Of a stretch of DNA of 64,000 nucleotides, positions 61,341 through 64,000 are shown one piece after another. A model generated the notes under the pieces. That model searched no databases, had not been told where the DNA came from, and saw only the letters and a list, made by a program, of their open reading frames with translations. Each line of letters begins with the position of its first letter. Positions within the stretch are counted from its first letter, which is position 1. The DNA comes from Lama guanicoe (Eukaryota), in the NCBI GenBank assembly GCA_013239625.1, contig MU053994.1:1305775-1369774 (forward strand), written 5' to 3'. The translations under genes and the position numbers were made by a program.

Positions 61341-61849
61341 GGTGCCTCTTTAAAAGAAGGTCTCAGAGGTGGGAGTTTGAAGGCCTGCCAGGCAGTGTTT
61401 CTGGTGCAGCGCGCCTGCTTCCCCTCACTCCAACTGGCAGTTCTTGGAGCAGCCTTCCAGGCCCGGGGATGAGGCGGACCCTCTGATCCCTTAGCTTCCC
61501 TCGGCAGGCAGCTGCGCAACTTCTAATTGGCTGAGCCATTAGTTCCAGTTCCGTAGAGTAATCACAGGATGCTCGTGCATGTGGGCCCCAAGGGGCTGAG
61601 GAACACCTGGGGAAGCACGAGGTCTGCGTTGTCTCTTCAACCAGAGTTGTGTCAGTGTCAAGAAAAACGGCCTCCCGATCTAAAGCTTTAAATGCGCACT
61701 AGTGGCTGCGGGCTAGGTTGCCCTCTGTGCTCTGGCCAGGGTCTCTGTGACTAGCTTGGTGGCCTTGAAAGACCCTCTACTTCTCTTCAAAGCTTTCTCC
61801 CTCCTCCGCCTTCAAGGTTGACCACATGCCACGGGCACCCTTCCTACGA

Positions 61850-62710
61850 CACGGTCCCTTTCCATTTCTCAGCCTACCTGACTTCTCAGCAGCACTGGGC
61901 ACTGATGACCACTCTCTACTTTGAGAATGATGTTCCCCTTGGCAACTGTGACCTCCAGTCCACTCCTGACCTTGCTGGCTGCTAGCAGGCTCCTCCCCCT
62001 TTAAACATTTCTCAGGGGTTGATGCTCAGGATTCTGTCCTGGGCCTTCTTTCCTCATCTCTGGTGGTCTCATCTATTTCTGGGATTTCAACCACTATCCT
62101 ATATTCTCGTGTGTGCCAGTCTTCACCTCCTGTCCAGATCTCTCTCCTGAGTTTCAGACCCTCTGTCCACCTGGAGTCGCACGGCCAAATGCAGCATCTT
62201 GAAAGTGTGCTTATCCCCTGCCTCTGGAGACCTGCTCTCGGCCTTTGTCTCTGATAGCAGTGAATTGCTCCACTGTCCTCCAGCCTGACACCTGCACACT
62301 GTCCTCGCCTGCACCCTCCTCCTTCCTCTCCATAGCCAGTCACTCACCGAATCTGTCAAGTCTGCCTACAAAATGTCTCCAGCTGCATGACCTCTCCCCA
62401 CTTCCCTTCTCATTCTCTCAGCCCAGCTCTGTGCAGGCCCTCTTTTACCTCCAGGTCTGAAATCACTCCCTGTGTGACTTCCTTTCTTGGTAGTGCTTGG
62501 CTCTTCTCTGGCTCACCACCATTGCCCTTTGCTGGCTTACCCCTCGCCCTTCAAGCCTCGCTCAGATGGCATCTCCTCTGGGCAGCCAGACTGCAGTAGG
62601 CGTCCTGTTACCCCTGTACTGCTACTGCCCGTTGATTTGTCTGTGTCCCACTCCAGCCTTGTGTGCTGAGTCTAACTTATTCACAATTGTCCCTGCTCTC
62701 CTAGGGGCAC
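61850..62710 (+). mobile_element. L2 fragment (RT region to 3' UTR)
   Basis: ctgacttctcagcagca (DLSAA-like), ctcaggattctgtcctgggcc (QGSVLGP-like), ccagatctctctcctgag. Confidence 0.8.
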
Positions 62711-63119
62711 AGAATGAACAAGCTACAGGTGCTATTTCCCAGTGGACCTTTAAATCAGGTCTAGGGTGGTCTGGGGCTTAGAGCCAGACGGGTTCACGTG
62801 GAGACCCTCTGTGTGGGGCCAGCAGCAGATGTTTTACTCGGTAGGCTTTCTCTCTATGCTCTGTCTGGCATCAGTGCAGGAAGGAAAGAAGACCTAGTAG
62901 GAACTCCAGAGACACCAGCATGCTCCCTTCGTCTGGGCAGGTGGTGCTCGCAGGCTGGTGGACTACACATCAGCTCGCATTACTTAGCATATTATAACTG
63001 AACACGCATTGATGAGAAACGGTCCTATTTGGCTCAGTAATCTTCAGCCCATGAGCAAAGTGAGAAAATGGCTCCCGTTTCCAAACCCTTGTCTATGATG
63101 CCTGGAACCCCCATCTTCC

Positions 63120-63300
63120 ATCGTGTCCCTTTGTCAGCAGGTCCCACAGCCCTAGTATGACATTTGTCACACTGGTTTGTAATTATGTCTTTACATCTCT
63201 TACCTTGAGAGCTTGGCAGGGACCAGATTTTACTGATCTCTCGAGTCTCAGCTGGTGGCATGGAAGCTGGCACAGACTAGAGGACCACAGAGTTTGCTGA
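63120..63300 (+). mobile_element. L2 3' end fragment
   Basis: tcacactggtttgtaattat...ggcagggacca...ctggcacagactag. Confidence 0.6.
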
Positions 63301-63893
63301 AGGAATATCCCAGGTATATACCATTTAGTTCTGAGAGAGAAGCCAGGAGTGGTAGGGACGAATTACTGCCAGAGCCCCATTCTCATTCCAGGACGTTTGT
63401 CCTGTACTCTCTCAGCATTATTTGGAAGAAAGATTCCACAAGCTCCTTTCAAGGGTACTGGCACCACCAGTTAGGTAACAGCAGGTCATAATGCAATGTT
63501 ACTGGGTCAAAGTGTGATGCGAGGGCCTCTCTGAAACACTCAGCAAAGAGGAAGTAATGCCAGAGGAGATGGGGTGGATGCCCCTGGACCAGGGCCAGAG
63601 CTTTCAGAGCCTGTGCTTCGAGGATTCTGTCTAGGTGTTTCTGCCTCTGTGAGTTTTACAAACCTGTGTGTCCTGTCAGGAAAGGAACTCAAGTGCTGGG
63701 CCTTCCACCCTCTTCACAGTATTGGGGCAGATGTAAACCTGGACCCAACGGATTGCCCTTTCGCTTTGCCAGAAGGTCACTGCACAAGTTATGGGAATTC
63801 AGGAAGGAAACTGTTCCCAAACATGCCCCACTCACCGAGCCACAATTCCTTTACTCAGGGCCACAGCCTTTCTTGCCCCCTAAAGAAATGAGA

Positions 63894-64000
63894 CGTCTTA
63901 GGTTGGGTTTCCTGGGAAAGATGCTTTGAGTCAGAGATAGGTGCACAGAGAGTTTATCAGTAGTATCCTCGGGAGCAACATCTATTAGGGAGGTAGGGAA
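63894..64000 (-). mobile_element. ERVL LTR (LTR16A/LTR33-like), truncated by window end
   Basis: gtcttaggttgggtttcctgggaa...gagtttatcag...ctcgggagcaacatct. Confidence 0.75.

Noticed and set aside
61130..61519. 129-aa ORF with internal repeat
   Set aside because: The repeat comes from the 43-bp duplication, which is not a multiple of 3

Overview
Mammalian non-coding genomic DNA. It is most likely camelid, because the only young SINE is a tRNA-Ala(AGC)-derived Vic-1-type element and I see no Alu, Bov-A/BovB, PRE-1, Can-SINE or B1/B2. I recognise no protein-coding gene: the ORF track is essentially spurious, apart from decayed HAL1 ORF1 and Tc2/pogo transposase remnants. Roughly half of the window is old interspersed repeat: many L2 and MIR fragments, L3/CR1, L1M/HAL1 (including a 4.3 kb L1MD-type copy with both ends), MaLR/ERVL/ERV1 solo LTRs, and hAT and TcMar DNA transposons. 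Family names come from remembered consensus sequences, not a database search, and boundaries of old repeats are approximate. The best leads are: (i) an intact MER41-like solo LTR with a perfect TSD that keeps a STAT GAS site and an IRF-E, a candidate camelid interferon-inducible enhancer; (ii) a repeat-poor block at about 25-30 kb holding NRF1, CTCF-like and triple-GAS motifs and a canonical recursive-splice-site motif; (iii) a candidate 70-nt exon carrying a perfect Kozak start. A minus-strand excess of L1/LTR elements hints that the window lies in an intron of a + strand transcript. I cannot demonstrate a new biological system from sequence alone; the findings are testable hypotheses.
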